NCBI GenBank assembly: GCA_963842525.1
Contig: CAWJGT010000032.1
Span: forward strand, 96,001-160,000
Source: an uncultured Holophagales bacterium
GTDB lineage: Bacteria > Acidobacteriota > Thermoanaerobaculia > Multivoradales > UBA5704
Direction: 5' to 3'
Length of the DNA: 64,000 nucleotides
Both the position numbers and the translations under genes were made by a program. The notes below the pieces were generated by a model. That model did no database searches, was not told where the DNA came from, and saw nothing but the letters and a program-made list of their open reading frames with translations. This document shows positions 63,695-64,000 of the stretch, piece by piece. How positions within the stretch are numbered: the stretch's first letter is position 1; the number at the start of each line of letters is the position of its first letter.

Positions 63695-64000
63695 ATGAAA
63701 CGGTTCTGGAAAGCAGTTTCCCTGTTGATCCTCGGGCTGGTGCTCCTCATGGCACGCCCGGCATCCGTCCCCGCGACGACCACGCCTCGGGACGGTACCC
63801 TCTCGCCCTACTTCTTCGTCGAGAACGGCGACCCCGAGGTCGACCGGCTGCCGCTCAAGGAGACGAAGGCCGACGTCGTCATCGCGGGCGTCATCGCCGA
63901 CGTCGTCGTCACCCAGGTCTATCGCAACGAAGGTAACCGGCCGATCCATGCGCGCTACGTGTTCCCGGCCTCCACCCGGGCCGCGGTGCACGGCATGACG
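63695..64000 (+). CDS. VIT-domain (inter-alpha-trypsin/VWA-type) protein, 3' truncated by window
   Basis: Hand translation gives MKRFWKAVSLLILGLVLLM..LSPYFFV..LPLKET.ADVVIAGVIADVVVTQVYRNEG..ARYVFPASTRAAVHGM, with RBS AGGAGG. Confidence 0.85.
   Translation, partial: MKRFWKAVSLLILGLVLLMARPASVPATTTPRDGTLSPYFFVENGDPEVDRLPLKETKADVVIAGVIADVVVTQVYRNEGNRPIHARYVFPASTRAAVHGMT

Overview
This is a GC-rich bacterial window. The gene-family mix suggests Acidobacteriota/Thermoanaerobaculia, which is an inference only. Many single-base frameshifts look like long-read consensus errors. In order, it contains two tandem wHTH-TM-TPR regulators, an S46 peptidase, an RRM protein, an NHEJ locus (MerR-TPR, ku, ligD), two secreted FN3-bearing enzymes, a sulfatase-TPR and a cNMP-PilZ protein. 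Next comes a patchwork accessory region with a PIN TA pair, an AhpD-like gene read through UGA, DJ-1, a direct-repeat-flanked orphan, TumA/TumE, CAT and several gene stubs. The conserved rpsP-khpA-rimM-trmD-rplS-rnhB-TPR operon follows, then a repeat-dense mobile/defence patch: a 62-bp palindromic array, a REP-flanked Y1 transposase, a TGT..ACA MITE, a DUF429-like nuclease, GmrSD and AbiE. The end holds argR, a deoxyhypusine-synthase-like gene, TCA genes, a Phd-VapC pair, an OYE reductase, an ECF sigma/anti-sigma/lipoprotein-CHAT/S8 cluster and VWA/VIT surface proteins. The best leads are the exported caspase-like ECF module, the CxxU selenoprotein with a SECIS-like hairpin, a palindromic repeat translated in frame inside LigD, the 62-bp array beside the Y1 transposase, and an integrase-less cassette bounded by a 21-bp direct repeat.
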